Assembly (NCBI GenBank): GCA_002433055.1
Contig: DJHJ01000002.1
Coordinates: forward strand, 401 to 64,400
DNA from: Acidobacteriia bacterium UBA6623
Lineage (GTDB): Bacteria; Acidobacteriota; Terriglobia; Bryobacterales; UBA6623
Direction of reading: 5' to 3'
DNA length: 64,000 nt
The notes below the pieces were generated by a model that made no database searches, was not told the DNA's origin, and saw nothing but the letters and a program-made list of their open reading frames with translations. Made by a program: the position numbers and the translations under genes. Each line of letters starts with the position of its first letter. Within the stretch, counting starts at the first letter, position 1. Of the stretch, positions 1-9,972 are shown piece after piece.

Positions 1-1137
1 TGGAGCGCAGCGACACCAATTATTTGGGAAGACACGGTTCTAGTTACATCAGGGGAACAAGGGTTCGACACCGCTAGGGTGCAAAATCCACTTCAAAATA
101 GATCCGAGAAACGGGACAAGCTGCTGCTGTTGGCCATTAACCGCAAGAATGGATCTATTCTTTGGCAGCGTGAAATTGGTTCCGGCAATCGCTTCATCCG
201 CAAGCAAAATCTTGCTTCTCCTTCGCCTGTAACTGACGGCAAACATATCTGGGTGTTAACTGGGACAGGTTTTTTAACGTGCTTTGATTTTGCTGGTGAG
301 AAACTTTGGCAACGAGACATTCAGAACGACTATGGGCGTTTTGGACTCAAACATGGGTACGCGTCATCTCCTTTGCTGCACGACAACCATCTGTATATTC
401 AAGTTCTCCATGGAGAGACAACTGACGAACCTTCCTATGTGTTTGCCGTTGATAAAGCAACAGGGGAGACTTTTTGGAAAATCAACCGCTGGACAGACGC
501 ACCAGATACAGAATCGCCGGACGGTTACTCTACCCCGCTGGTGCAGAAAATCGGCGGCAAAGAACAGTTGATTGTTGTTGGCGGAGATTATGTGACTGGC
601 CATGATTTAGGCAACGGTAAGGAATTGTGGCGAATGGGGGGATTTAACCCGGGCAGGAAACACAACTACCGTACTGTAGCGTCATCGATTTTCCTTGATG
701 GCACAGTGTATACATCTAGCACTAATGGACGACCGTTTATTGCTTTTCGGCCTGGTAACGGTAGACTGGGGCCGAAAAATATATTGTGGGAAAATAATCT
801 CGGCGCTGATGTTCCATCACCAACAACCGATGGTCGACTCATCTATGTCTTAGACGACAAGGGCATTATGGTGGCTCTCGACGCAAGATCGGGAGAGGTT
901 GTTTGGGATCGGATACGAATCGAACCTGGAATTTATAGTGCCTCACCGACTCTCGCTGATGGCAAGATCTATGCCATTAGCGAAGATGGCACAACATCGG
1001 TCCTACAGACAGGTCGAGAATTCAAGGTGCTAGCAGTCAACAAGTTTGATAGCCACACATTGGCCAGCCCAGCAGCAGTCGGCAGCCAGTTATTTATACG
1101 CACTGCCGATCATCTGTATTGTCTAGCCAAACAATAG
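1..1137 (+). CDS. PQQ-like (BamB/YVTN-type) beta-propeller repeat protein; 5' end lies outside the window
   Basis: Frame 1 is open from base 1 (WSAATPIIWEDTVLVTSGEQ... precedes the GTG at 79), so the gene starts upstream. Repeated blade-like segments (GSILWQREIG, GEKLWQRDI, GETFWKINR, GKELWRMGG, GEVVWDRIR) are typical of PQQ-like propellers. Stop at 1135-1137. Confidence 0.8.
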   Translation, partial: WSAATPIIWEDTVLVTSGEQGFDTARVQNPLQNRSEKRDKLLLLAINRKNGSILWQREIGSGNRFIRKQNLASPSPVTDGKHIWVLTGTGFLTCFDFAGEKLWQRDIQNDYGRFGLKHGYASSPLLHDNHLYIQVLHGETTDEPSYVFAVDKATGETFWKINRWTDAPDTESPDGYSTPLVQKIGGKEQLIVVGGDYVTGHDLGNGKELWRMGGFNPGRKHNYRTVASSIFLDGTVYTSSTNGRPFIAFRPGNGRLGPKNILWENNLGADVPSPTTDGRLIYVLDDKGIMVALDARSGEVVWDRIRIEPGIYSASPTLADGKIYAISEDGTTSVLQTGREFKVLAVNKFDSHTLASPAAVGSQLFIRTADHLYCLAKQ

Positions 1138-1208
1138 CCGGCAGACTTGAGTCGGAAAGTACTTAGCAGCGTTCTGCTAAATTTGGACGAATTAATCACC
1201 AGGGGATA

Positions 1209-2651
1209 ATGAATTTTAACGACTTTCAGCGTATACAGACCAGGCGATACTTCTTCAAGTTTGCTGCCGGTGGTATCGAAACCATAGCTCTTGCTCATTT
1301 GCTCGGTCAAGACGGACGAACAGCACAAAAGGAATTGCCTGACGTTAACCCTCTGGCACCACGTGCGCCCCAATTTGCACCTAAAGCGAAAAATGTAATT
1401 TTTCTACTACAGGCTGGCGGACCAAGCCAGATCGACTTGTATGATCCCAAACCCGAGTTGCAAAAACGCCATGGTCAGGTTCTGCCAGAGTCAATGACGA
1501 AAGGTCGAAAATTCCCTTTTATTAGCCCCTCTGCCAAAGTACTTGGCAGCCCTCGGAAGTTCCGAAAATATGGAGAAAGCGGTGCGGACTTTTCTGATTA
1601 TATTCCTCACATGGCTTCCCGGGCAGATGATATCGCCCTAATTCGTTCGATGCACACTGAGGCCGTCAATCACCACCCTGGACAAGCCATGTTGATGAGT
1701 GGCACCACGATGTCAGGGCGGCCGACTGTAGGATCATGGGTTAGCTACGGCCTGGGGAGTGAGGCCAACGATCTCCCCGCTTTTGTGGTCCTTAATTCTG
1801 GGAGGGGTGCTAGTGCAGGTTCCACAAACTGGAGCAATGGTTTTCTGCCCTCCACCTATCAGGGTGTTAACTTCCGAGGGTATGGTGACCCAATTCTGTA
1901 CCTGAAGAACCCGCCTGGTATCAGCAATGACAGTCAGCGAGCCCGGATCGATGCAATTCGTGAACTGAATGAGAACCATTATCAGAACACGGGAGATTTA
2001 GAGATAGCTGCACGCATCCATTCCTATGAGATGGCATTTCGGATGCAAACAGCTGCCCCGGAGCTCCTGGATTTTTCGAATGAATCTCAGGCCGTTCTTG
2101 ATTCCTTTGGTGTCGGGAAAGAGCCAACCAATGCCTATGGTACAAACTGCCTGTTAGCTCGCCGCATGGTAGAACGTGGTGTTCGATTTGTGCTTCTCGT
2201 CCATGCGAGTTGGGATCAGCACGAAAACCTCGATGAAGAACTAGGCAAGCACTGTGATGCCACCGATGCTCCTGTAGGTGCATTACTTGGAGATCTTAAG
2301 CAACGTGGTTTACTCGACGAAACCATGGTGGTCTGGGGCGGTGAATTTGGACGCACTCCGTTGGGAGAATTTGAGAGGGAGTTCGACGGTGAAGCTCCCG
2401 GTCGTGACCATCACCCAGGTTGTTTCTCGATGTGGGTTGCTGGCGGTGGCATACAAGGTGGCCAAGTCATTGGACGGACTGACGACATTGGTTTCAATAT
2501 CACTGAAGACCCTGTTCACATACATGATTTGCAGGCCACAATACTCCATGCACTAGGCTTAGACCACACCCAATTGACCTACAGCTTTATGGGTAGAGAT
2601 TTCCGCCTCACTGATGTCGGTGGCAACGTCGTCAAAAAGCTGTTCTCTTGA
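1209..2651 (+). CDS. DUF1501 domain-containing (sulfatase-fold) protein, Tat-type signal
   Basis: N-terminus TRRYFFKFAAGG. Motifs LLQAGGPSQIDLYDPKP, IRSMHTEAVNHHPG, WGGEFGRTP and GRDHHP are characteristic of DUF1501. Paralogous to 19336..20805. Confidence 0.9.
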   Translation: MNFNDFQRIQTRRYFFKFAAGGIETIALAHLLGQDGRTAQKELPDVNPLAPRAPQFAPKAKNVIFLLQAGGPSQIDLYDPKPELQKRHGQVLPESMTKGRKFPFISPSAKVLGSPRKFRKYGESGADFSDYIPHMASRADDIALIRSMHTEAVNHHPGQAMLMSGTTMSGRPTVGSWVSYGLGSEANDLPAFVVLNSGRGASAGSTNWSNGFLPSTYQGVNFRGYGDPILYLKNPPGISNDSQRARIDAIRELNENHYQNTGDLEIAARIHSYEMAFRMQTAAPELLDFSNESQAVLDSFGVGKEPTNAYGTNCLLARRMVERGVRFVLLVHASWDQHENLDEELGKHCDATDAPVGALLGDLKQRGLLDETMVVWGGEFGRTPLGEFEREFDGEAPGRDHHPGCFSMWVAGGGIQGGQVIGRTDDIGFNITEDPVHIHDLQATILHALGLDHTQLTYSFMGRDFRLTDVGGNVVKKLFS

Positions 2652-2684
2652 TGAATAACCCTTAGGTGTTGACGTATCAAAACC

Positions 2685-3983
2685 TCAACAGAGATTACGA
2701 TAGACCTGTACGGTTTCTTCGGCAGTACGTCGAATATCAAAGTTTTTGAGGACAGCATTGCGTCCCTGTTGGCCTAGCGTCGATACTTGATCTCGATTCT
2801 CGAGTAATTGTTCTAGCTTAGAGACGAGATCCCCAACATCACCGGGTTTGTGCAGTAATCCTCCTCCTGTTGCCTTAATCAACTCAGGAAATATGCCAAG
2901 ATCAGGTTGAATAACTGGTGTCGCACTGGCCATAGCTTCTAGGGCATATAGTCCTTTCGAAGCCGGATATGAGACCGGGACTGACAGCACATCTAAGTTG
3001 CTCAGGAAACGGATCTTCTCAGTGCGATCAATTTCTCCTAAGTATTCAAAGTCTGCACTAAAGCCAGCATCGGATACCTTGCGGGAAATTTTTTCTAAGT
3101 ATGATCTATGATGTGGGTCAAGCCAGCCAGCTACTAATAGACGAGGTGTAGGAGATGTATCACCATGTCGTCGTCTGATCTGTACAAAAGCGTCAGCTAG
3201 CAGGTCGAGACCCTTTTCGGGGCTTACACGAGCCATGTATCCAATCCGGAATTCTTCTCGGGCATGTGTGGATCCAGGCTGAAAGCCTTTGAGTGACAAC
3301 CCTGGTGAAATAACGTTGATCTCATTCACATCTACTCCAAGACGAGGGGCCATTGCAATAGCTTGGTCACGACCCGGTGCTATAAAGGTGTCAATTGACT
3401 GCGATTTTTTGAGTAGATAGCCAAAAGCCTTTTCTCTGTAGGGTGATGGTAGATGTTCGAGGAAGTGGTGTTCGCCTTGCAATGAACAGACAACGGGTAT
3501 TCCAAGTATTTTTTTTGCAGGCGATGCCAAACCAGCAAGCATGGAGTTAGTCAGATGCAATATGTCGGGTGGGTCTATTGTCATCCAATCGATAAGTTTG
3601 GCAATTTCTTTACTCTGTTGACCATCAGAACCTTCGAGTACCGAAACAGTCAGTTCCCCGAGATCTTTGGGGTCAGTTTTAACAGCAAACTTGGCGGCCC
3701 AATTTAACAACAAGGGATGGTCAAATAGTTTATCGAGCCAGTCAGGTGTAGCTCGAAACAGGGAAAATTTTTGCTGCAGAAAGGCATTAATGCCACCGAC
3801 AAAAACACGATTTAAACTAACGTCGACTTCGTCGACCTTAATTGGCGTGTATATTGGAACCAGTCGGACGTTATGCCCAAGTTCGAGCAAAGATGCTGCT
3901 AAGGTGTTGTCCAGTAGGCAGTTTCCGCAGATCATGCCTCCGGCACCCGCAGTAATGTAGTCGATCCTCATAAAATTCAACAC
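2685..3983 (-). CDS. Glycosyltransferase, GT4/GT1-like (GT-B fold)
   Basis: C-terminal half carries GT1 motifs (RLLVAGW, EYLGEIDRTEKIRFLSNLDVLSVP, EPKGLYALEAMASATPVI). The GTG at 3983 or the ATG at 3971 (MRIDYITAG...) could be the true start. Confidence 0.8.
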   Translation of the reverse strand: MLNFMRIDYITAGAGGMICGNCLLDNTLAASLLELGHNVRLVPIYTPIKVDEVDVSLNRVFVGGINAFLQQKFSLFRATPDWLDKLFDHPLLLNWAAKFAVKTDPKDLGELTVSVLEGSDGQQSKEIAKLIDWMTIDPPDILHLTNSMLAGLASPAKKILGIPVVCSLQGEHHFLEHLPSPYREKAFGYLLKKSQSIDTFIAPGRDQAIAMAPRLGVDVNEINVISPGLSLKGFQPGSTHAREEFRIGYMARVSPEKGLDLLADAFVQIRRRHGDTSPTPRLLVAGWLDPHHRSYLEKISRKVSDAGFSADFEYLGEIDRTEKIRFLSNLDVLSVPVSYPASKGLYALEAMASATPVIQPDLGIFPELIKATGGGLLHKPGDVGDLVSKLEQLLENRDQVSTLGQQGRNAVLKNFDIRRTAEETVQVYRNLC

Positions 3984-4030
3984 TATCCAAGAATTGCTAT
4001 GTGGGGCAAGTCATTGGTTACGTGCATAGG

Positions 4031-5569
4031 TTACAGATCAGAATTCACTGCAGTTGCTTCTGGAAAGTATTTTCGCAGGGTTTCGTGTGAAGGCGCAGCA
4101 GTTATGAGAGAAACCAAGATTAAAGCCGCTGATGCCGCAACGAAGATAGTCGCAGCCGGTAGCATGTCCAAAAACAGATACGTTCGATCAGCACCATATT
4201 GGGCTTCTCGAAATAATAGAAACCAGGTGGATCCAGCGACTACCACAGAGGCAGTTGCTCCTGTAGTCGTTGCACGCCGCCAATATAGAGCGGCTATAAC
4301 AAGCGGAAACAACCCCACGAACCCACTAAAGGACCATATTCCCAAGGTGAATACGTGGCGCGGTTCAAACAGAGCAAACAAGTAAACTACAGCTATAATT
4401 GCGACGATAAACAGCCGAGTCATTAGCACCATTTTTCGATTATCAAATCTATTTTTCCCAAAATAATGTGTTACGACGTCGTTTGTAAACATTGTTCCCA
4501 AACAGAAGAATTGCGAATCAAGTGACGACATTATTGCGGCAAGAATTCCGGCTCCGAGTAATCCTCCCAGTAACGGACCAGTCAATTTCTGAATCATGGT
4601 AGCTAGTTCTGTGTTAGCAGGAGTGTCAGGGGGTACGACCAGCGAGCCATCGGATAGCATGGCCGAGGTTGCCCAAACGCCAACCAGTACACAAGGAAGC
4701 CAAACCAGTAGCGTGAAGATTGGATGAGCCACCAAGGTTAGACGGAAAGTTTTGGCCGAACGTGCTGTCAGCCAGTGTTGAAAAATGTGAGGGAACATCC
4801 CTGCAGATAGTGGGATAAGGCAATAGCTTAAAAAGTAGAGCTGAGGGACACCTTCTCCGCGAATCATCTTATTGGGATTGGTTGCAACAACAGAACGACT
4901 GGCGGCTTCAATGCCGCCTAGCGCGTGAGCAATAACTCCAAAGGTGATCAGGCATGCAGTAACGAAAATGCATGTCTGTAATGTGTTAGCCCAAACAGCT
5001 GCGCGTAAGCCACCGACGAAGATGTAGAGCAATATAACTGAACTGACAACAAACTCGCTGAGCCAAGGTGGTATTCCTCCTCCGGTCGTGGCAAAAATTA
5101 CTGGAAAAGCATTAGTGGTCAACGAATTGATGACCGCTCCAGCACCCAATAGACCGATCATCAGATATGGAATCACTAGGACAACTAAAACTGGAAATAG
5201 CAACCATCCAAGAGCGTTGCTTTCGAACCGATCACGGAAGTACTGGATTTGAGTGACGAAACCGTATTGTTTTCCAATTGCCCATAGGCGAATACCCACA
5301 AAAAAGAAGATGGCAGTATGCACCAGGCAAGATGAGGATGCGATCATTCCGTAGACTCCAATACCTATACGGAAGGATTCTCCTGTGCTGCCGACGATCG
5401 AGAAAGCTGTCATTGTTGTCCCGAAGATTGACATCAAAAACATAAAAGAACCTATAGAGCGTTCCGCTACGAAGTAGTCACTGGCAGTTCCTCTGGACCA
5501 GCGTCCAGCAAGCCATGCTAGACCGAGCAGTAGCCCCATGTAGAACGCTATGACTATGAGCTGGGTCAT
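4031..5569 (-). CDS. Sodium:solute symporter (SSS) family transporter
   Basis: 512 aa, about 13 hydrophobic spans. N-terminal pattern SDYFVAERSIG..MFLMSIFGTTMTAFSIVG is typical of the SSF family (PutP/PanF-like). Confidence 0.9.
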   Translation of the reverse strand: MTQLIVIAFYMGLLLGLAWLAGRWSRGTASDYFVAERSIGSFMFLMSIFGTTMTAFSIVGSTGESFRIGIGVYGMIASSSCLVHTAIFFFVGIRLWAIGKQYGFVTQIQYFRDRFESNALGWLLFPVLVVLVIPYLMIGLLGAGAVINSLTTNAFPVIFATTGGGIPPWLSEFVVSSVILLYIFVGGLRAAVWANTLQTCIFVTACLITFGVIAHALGGIEAASRSVVATNPNKMIRGEGVPQLYFLSYCLIPLSAGMFPHIFQHWLTARSAKTFRLTLVAHPIFTLLVWLPCVLVGVWATSAMLSDGSLVVPPDTPANTELATMIQKLTGPLLGGLLGAGILAAIMSSLDSQFFCLGTMFTNDVVTHYFGKNRFDNRKMVLMTRLFIVAIIAVVYLFALFEPRHVFTLGIWSFSGFVGLFPLVIAALYWRRATTTGATASVVVAGSTWFLLFREAQYGADRTYLFLDMLPAATIFVAASAALILVSLITAAPSHETLRKYFPEATAVNSDL

Positions 5570-5871
5570 CGGTTCAAATCCTCATGCGGCACGTTTTTTG
5601 ATTTAGAGACAATCTCGTGGTTGGCAGGCCAAGCATACCGTATGATCAAAACCCAAAAACAGGCAATTGCGATTGAATAAAAGGCGTGATAGGCTAAGCC
5701 CGCCGGAAGGAAACCGAACATAAGAGTAGCGTTTTCCCATAACCAAAAATCCTGGTGAAGAACAGCCAACAGCAGGATTCCCAGAGAGACGAGTCTTTTG
5801 TTTCGCACGGAACTTTCAGAGAGCGCGTTGAGCGCAAGAAAAACTGTAAGCGTAGCAAAATACCGATACAC
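5566..5871 (-). CDS. Small membrane protein, DUF3311-like partner of the SSS transporter
   Basis: Two-TM small protein. Its stop overlaps the symporter start (ATGA at 5566-5569). This arrangement is typical of DUF3311/SSS pairs. The start codon is uncertain. Confidence 0.6.
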   Translation of the reverse strand: MYRYFATLTVFLALNALSESSVRNKRLVSLGILLLAVLHQDFWLWENATLMFGFLPAGLAYHAFYSIAIACFWVLIIRYAWPANHEIVSKSKNVPHEDLNR

Positions 5872-6033
5872 AGTTCAGGTAAAGACAGATTTGCACCAGT
5901 CTATTTATTGCATGAGGTTGTCTGTCGATTACGTTGCGCACTCAAAAATCGAAAAAATGACGCAAGAACAGACAAGGTCCTGAGAGTAACCTCTATCGCA
6001 AGTTGCTGAGGATGACCTCAAAAGCTGGATTGT

Positions 6034-7017
6034 TTATCGGTTGTAACTTGGCGTCGAGCCTCTCAGGTGCTGCCAGATCTCATTGCATTGTTCAGTTTCT
6101 AGATCGTTAAGATGAGGCACTTCGAGAGTTTGCAGATTTTTTTTCAGCTGGTCAGAACTAGAAGCTCCGAGGATTACAACGTCAACACTTTTCTGGGAGA
6201 ATACCCAAGTGAATGCCAGTTCAATGAGACTACGCTGATTCTGTTGGGCGACGACTTTTAATTTTTCAACCGCTTGAAAGTAGTCTTCATGCCAGTACCT
6301 GTTTCGGTACATCTTGGCGGAAGCTCTACCACCTTCGAATCGGGTGTTTTCGACAGGGCTTTGTCCGTGACTATGTTTGCCCGTCAATAGTCCCCCCGCT
6401 AATGGGTTATAAGCCACAACGCCGATCTCGAACTGTTCAGTAAAGGGTAGGTATTCCTGCTCGATGCCTCGTGCCAGGAGATTATACATTGGCTGTGAAA
6501 CCCAAGGAGGCTGGTAGCCATTTTTCTCGCAAAGCCAGAGAATTTCACATAACTGCCAAGCACTATAGTTCGATGTTCCGGAATAACGAATTTTACCTTC
6601 CAATCGCAGTGATTCTAATGTTTCCAAGGTTTCTTCTATGGAAGTATCATAGTCCGGTTGGTGCAAATAATAAATGTCCAAATAGTCGGTACCTAATCGA
6701 GTAAGGCTCTCGTCGATGCTCTGTCTAATTGCTGTGCGAGAAAGGCCGCTGTAAGAGGCCTCACGATCCATTTTTCCTCTGACTTTATCGGCCAAAACTA
6801 CCTTGCTGCGTTTAGCTCCTAGGGCGGATCCTAGAATTTCTTCTGAAAGCCCTTGGTTATAAACGTTGGCAGTGTCGAAGAAATTAATGCCTGCATCCAG
6901 ACAAATATCGACTATCCTGCAAGATTCCGATTTGTCAGCTTGGGACCCGAATGTCATTGTCCCCATACAGGCCTGGGAGACGACCAAGTCCGTGTGAGGT
7001 AGCCTTATCAGTTCCAT
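6034..7017 (-). CDS. Aldo/keto reductase family oxidoreductase
   Basis: LGTMTFG, INFFDTANVY, SEEILG, DYLDIYYLHQPD and LGASSSDQLKKNL are typical AKR motifs. Confidence 0.9.
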   Translation of the reverse strand: MELIRLPHTDLVVSQACMGTMTFGSQADKSESCRIVDICLDAGINFFDTANVYNQGLSEEILGSALGAKRSKVVLADKVRGKMDREASYSGLSRTAIRQSIDESLTRLGTDYLDIYYLHQPDYDTSIEETLETLESLRLEGKIRYSGTSNYSAWQLCEILWLCEKNGYQPPWVSQPMYNLLARGIEQEYLPFTEQFEIGVVAYNPLAGGLLTGKHSHGQSPVENTRFEGGRASAKMYRNRYWHEDYFQAVEKLKVVAQQNQRSLIELAFTWVFSQKSVDVVILGASSSDQLKKNLQTLEVPHLNDLETEQCNEIWQHLRGSTPSYNR

Positions 7018-7035
7018 AGTGAGATTCTTGTTGAT

Positions 7036-7944
7036 CTATTGGTTTAGTAGGTCACTCAGGGCATTCTCTAAGTCTGGGTATCGGAAAGTGTACCCAGATT
7101 GTCGTGCGGTTGCCGGTAGTACAAGTTTGCTTGATAGGAGTTCGCTAGCGAATTCACCCATTATCAACTTTAGTGCGAATGCTGGGGTAGGCAAGAGAGC
7201 AGGTCGTGATAATGCATCACCTAGCGCACGAGCAAATTGTTTCTGGCGTACTGGAGAAGGAGCGACTGCGTTAACAGCACCGCTGTGATTATTCTTCAAT
7301 AAGTGATTCACGAGCCCAATCAAATCATCGAGGTGGATCCATGACCACCATTGTTGACCAGATCCCAATGGTCCGCCCAGCCCAAATCGAAACGGCAGTA
7401 GCATCGCCCCCAGTGCGCCACCACCGAGTCCCAGGACGATACCAATGCGTAGGCGTGATACGCTGATACCATGATCCTCAGCTTTACAGGCTTCCATTTC
7501 CCATTCTTGGCCCACATTTGCTAGGAAATCTGACCCTGGGGCAGAATCTTCAGTAAGCTTCTCATCCATCCGATCGCCGTAGTATCCTATAGCGCTTGCC
7601 GAGATTAATGTGTGAGGCCGTGAATTTAAGCTGCCGAGAGTGGCAACAAGATTGCGGGTACTCGCCACACGACTTTTGTGAATAGCTGTTTTCTTGGCTA
7701 GTGTCCAACGCCCTACGACGCTTTCACCTAGTAAATGAATTACTGCTTCTATCCCTTCAAGTGCTTCACGGGGAGCCGGTTCTGACTCAGGATTCCAGTC
7801 ATATGCTGCAGATAATTCTGAGATTTGATTCTTAGCCCTATTTGCATCGCGTGATAACGCCGTTACGCGGTTCCCCTGCAGTGCTAATGTACGACAAAGC
7901 TTTGTTCCGATAAAACCCGTTGCGCCAGTAATAAGTATGTTCAT
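7036..7944 (-). CDS. TIGR01777/YfcH-type NAD-dependent epimerase family protein (with DUF1731-like C-terminus)
   Basis: N-terminal Rossmann motif MNILITGATGFIG. Central GYYGDR, and a C-terminal YTFRYPDLENAL tail typical of the YfcH family. Confidence 0.85.
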   Translation of the reverse strand: MNILITGATGFIGTKLCRTLALQGNRVTALSRDANRAKNQISELSAAYDWNPESEPAPREALEGIEAVIHLLGESVVGRWTLAKKTAIHKSRVASTRNLVATLGSLNSRPHTLISASAIGYYGDRMDEKLTEDSAPGSDFLANVGQEWEMEACKAEDHGISVSRLRIGIVLGLGGGALGAMLLPFRFGLGGPLGSGQQWWSWIHLDDLIGLVNHLLKNNHSGAVNAVAPSPVRQKQFARALGDALSRPALLPTPAFALKLIMGEFASELLSSKLVLPATARQSGYTFRYPDLENALSDLLNQ

Positions 7945-8155
7945 TGCAACCTCCTCGGTGGCTTAGCGTTGGAATCAATCGAGGTCAACACCCAGTTGGA
8001 CCATGATATCGCTCTAGGTATGCGGAGCACCTGTGGGATAGGAATAATTGTGCATCTCAACCCAATAACGTCTAGGTTGACTCATGAATCCTGAATTATA
8101 CTGTATGTTCTACGAATCATCAGCACGCTACTTTGGATAATGCAAGAGACTTAAC

Positions 8156-9052
8156 GTGAATTCTGAAAATCACATGGAACGCTGGAAATATTTTATCGGT
8201 TGGGGTGCGGCTATAGCTATGGCTACGTTATGGCTTGTTGCTGGCATTTGGAAACTGGCCAATCTATCCGATTTTCAGCTAAAAATGACTCAGTTATTGG
8301 TGCCGGTCGCGTGGAGTTTGCCCGCTACATTTGCTTTAGCAGTTGCCGAAACGTTTACTGGTTTACTGCTTCTACGACCGACTTGGCGTCGTTGGGGTGG
8401 CCATATATCTACGACACTTCTAATCGTTTTTATGGTTTATGTGGGAATCAATTATGAGGCACTTCGTGGGGCCGATTGCAGTTGCTTTCCTTGGATTGAG
8501 AGAGCTGTAGGTCCAGGATTTTTTATTGGGGACGGTGTTATGTTACTGGTGAGTGTCGTTGCAACTTTCTGGGCACCTCGATCCTCTCAGTTACGGTCAT
8601 CGTTGGTTTTGTTAGGCGGGATTGTGATTCTGGCTATAGTTTCTCTGATTTGGGACCAGGCGATCGTAACTCAAGAATACGATGTCCCTGAGACGATACA
8701 GATTGATTCAGGAGAACTCAGCCTGCGTGAGGGTCAAATCTTCGTTTACTTCTTCAATCCTACATGTCTTCATTGTTTGGATGCCGGTATAACGATGGCT
8801 GAGTTTACCTGGAAGGCGATTTTTGTTGGGGTGCCGACACAAGATTTTGATTTTGCGTCTGGTTTTGTTGATGACACTGGCCTAAGGAACGTTAGACTTT
8901 CACCTGACCTAGATTTACTGAAGACAAAATTTCCATTTGAAGATGTTCCTTATGGAGTAGCTATTCAGAATGGGCAAGTCGTCGAGAAGATGCGTTTCTT
9001 CGAGAAGCCAGAACTTGAGGAGCGACTTAGACAAGTCGAATTTATTGAGTGA
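8156..9052 (+). CDS. MauE/DoxX-type membrane protein fused to a thioredoxin-like CxxC domain
   Basis: Four to five TM helices with the MauE-like GADCSCFPW motif (Cys codons within 8477-8485). C-terminal soluble domain has FFNPTCLHC (CxxC at 8765-8776). Confidence 0.65.
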   Translation: MNSENHMERWKYFIGWGAAIAMATLWLVAGIWKLANLSDFQLKMTQLLVPVAWSLPATFALAVAETFTGLLLLRPTWRRWGGHISTTLLIVFMVYVGINYEALRGADCSCFPWIERAVGPGFFIGDGVMLLVSVVATFWAPRSSQLRSSLVLLGGIVILAIVSLIWDQAIVTQEYDVPETIQIDSGELSLREGQIFVYFFNPTCLHCLDAGITMAEFTWKAIFVGVPTQDFDFASGFVDDTGLRNVRLSPDLDLLKTKFPFEDVPYGVAIQNGQVVEKMRFFEKPELEERLRQVEFIE

Positions 9053-9162
9053 AGATCGACCTGTTGTTAAAAAATTTAGGGTTTGTTGATTGGGATAGAG
9101 TAGACGTGGGGAGCTGTGGCTAATAATTCAAAATCCATTTGTAGGACGTGTAAGGGGGAAGT

Positions 9163-9942
9163 GTGAGTAAAGTAATTTCTGATCTTTTCAATCTTTCTGG
9201 CAAGGTAGCACTTATTACTGGAGGCGGGCGTGGTTTGGGTAAAGCCATGGCGCGAGGTTTTGCAGAAGCTGGCGCAGATATTTTCATTGCTTCTCGTACG
9301 AGTAGTGAATTAGAAATAGCTGCTGAAGAAATTGCTAGCGGGCTCGATGTAAGAGTTAACTGGATGTCAGTTGATATGACTGACCGAGGTCAGGTTGAGC
9401 ATTTGGCGCGAGAATCTGTTGCCCAACTTGGCAAAGTCGATATTCTTGTTAACAACGCGGGCTCAAATATTCCAGCTGCTATCGACCAAATTGTTGATGA
9501 AGAATGGGATCAAATGGTCGAGTTGAATCTTTCCGGATGCATGCGGTTGATGCGCGCATTGATTCCAGCTATGAAAGAACGAAATTGGGGCCGAGTGATC
9601 AATATTTCGTCAATTCTTGGTCTTGCTGGCAAAGAAACACGAGATGTTTATTGCGCCACCAAGGCAGCTCTCATTGGTTTGACAGAAGCGGCCGCTCTCG
9701 ATGTTGGGCCATCAAATGTGACTGTGAATGCGATTGCCCCAGGGCCGTTTTTGACCGAATTGCCGGGCAACCTTTTGACGGACGAACAAAAGAAATTCTT
9801 TGCCAAGAGGACCGCTCTAGGTAGATGGGGACATCCTGAGGAATTGGTGGGGCCGGCGTTAATGATGGCTAGTGAAGCCGGAAGTTTCGTAACTGGTACG
9901 TGTGTAACTGTTGATGGCGGTGTGCTGGCACGATGCATTTAG
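9163..9942 (+). CDS. SDR family oxidoreductase (FabG/gluconate 5-dehydrogenase-like)
   Basis: TGGGRGLG cofactor motif, NNAG, and catalytic S...YCATK. Confidence 0.9.
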   Translation: MSKVISDLFNLSGKVALITGGGRGLGKAMARGFAEAGADIFIASRTSSELEIAAEEIASGLDVRVNWMSVDMTDRGQVEHLARESVAQLGKVDILVNNAGSNIPAAIDQIVDEEWDQMVELNLSGCMRLMRALIPAMKERNWGRVINISSILGLAGKETRDVYCATKAALIGLTEAAALDVGPSNVTVNAIAPGPFLTELPGNLLTDEQKKFFAKRTALGRWGHPEELVGPALMMASEAGSFVTGTCVTVDGGVLARCI

Positions 9943-9972
9943 GAATTTGCAAAAATTCTAAGAGGTTGATTC

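Noticed and set aside
9925-9942. TGGCAC-N5-ATTT resembling a sigma-54 -24/-12 element
   Set aside because: The -12 TTGC is absent. The site lies inside the 3' end of the SDR gene, and no downstream gene lies in the right orientation.
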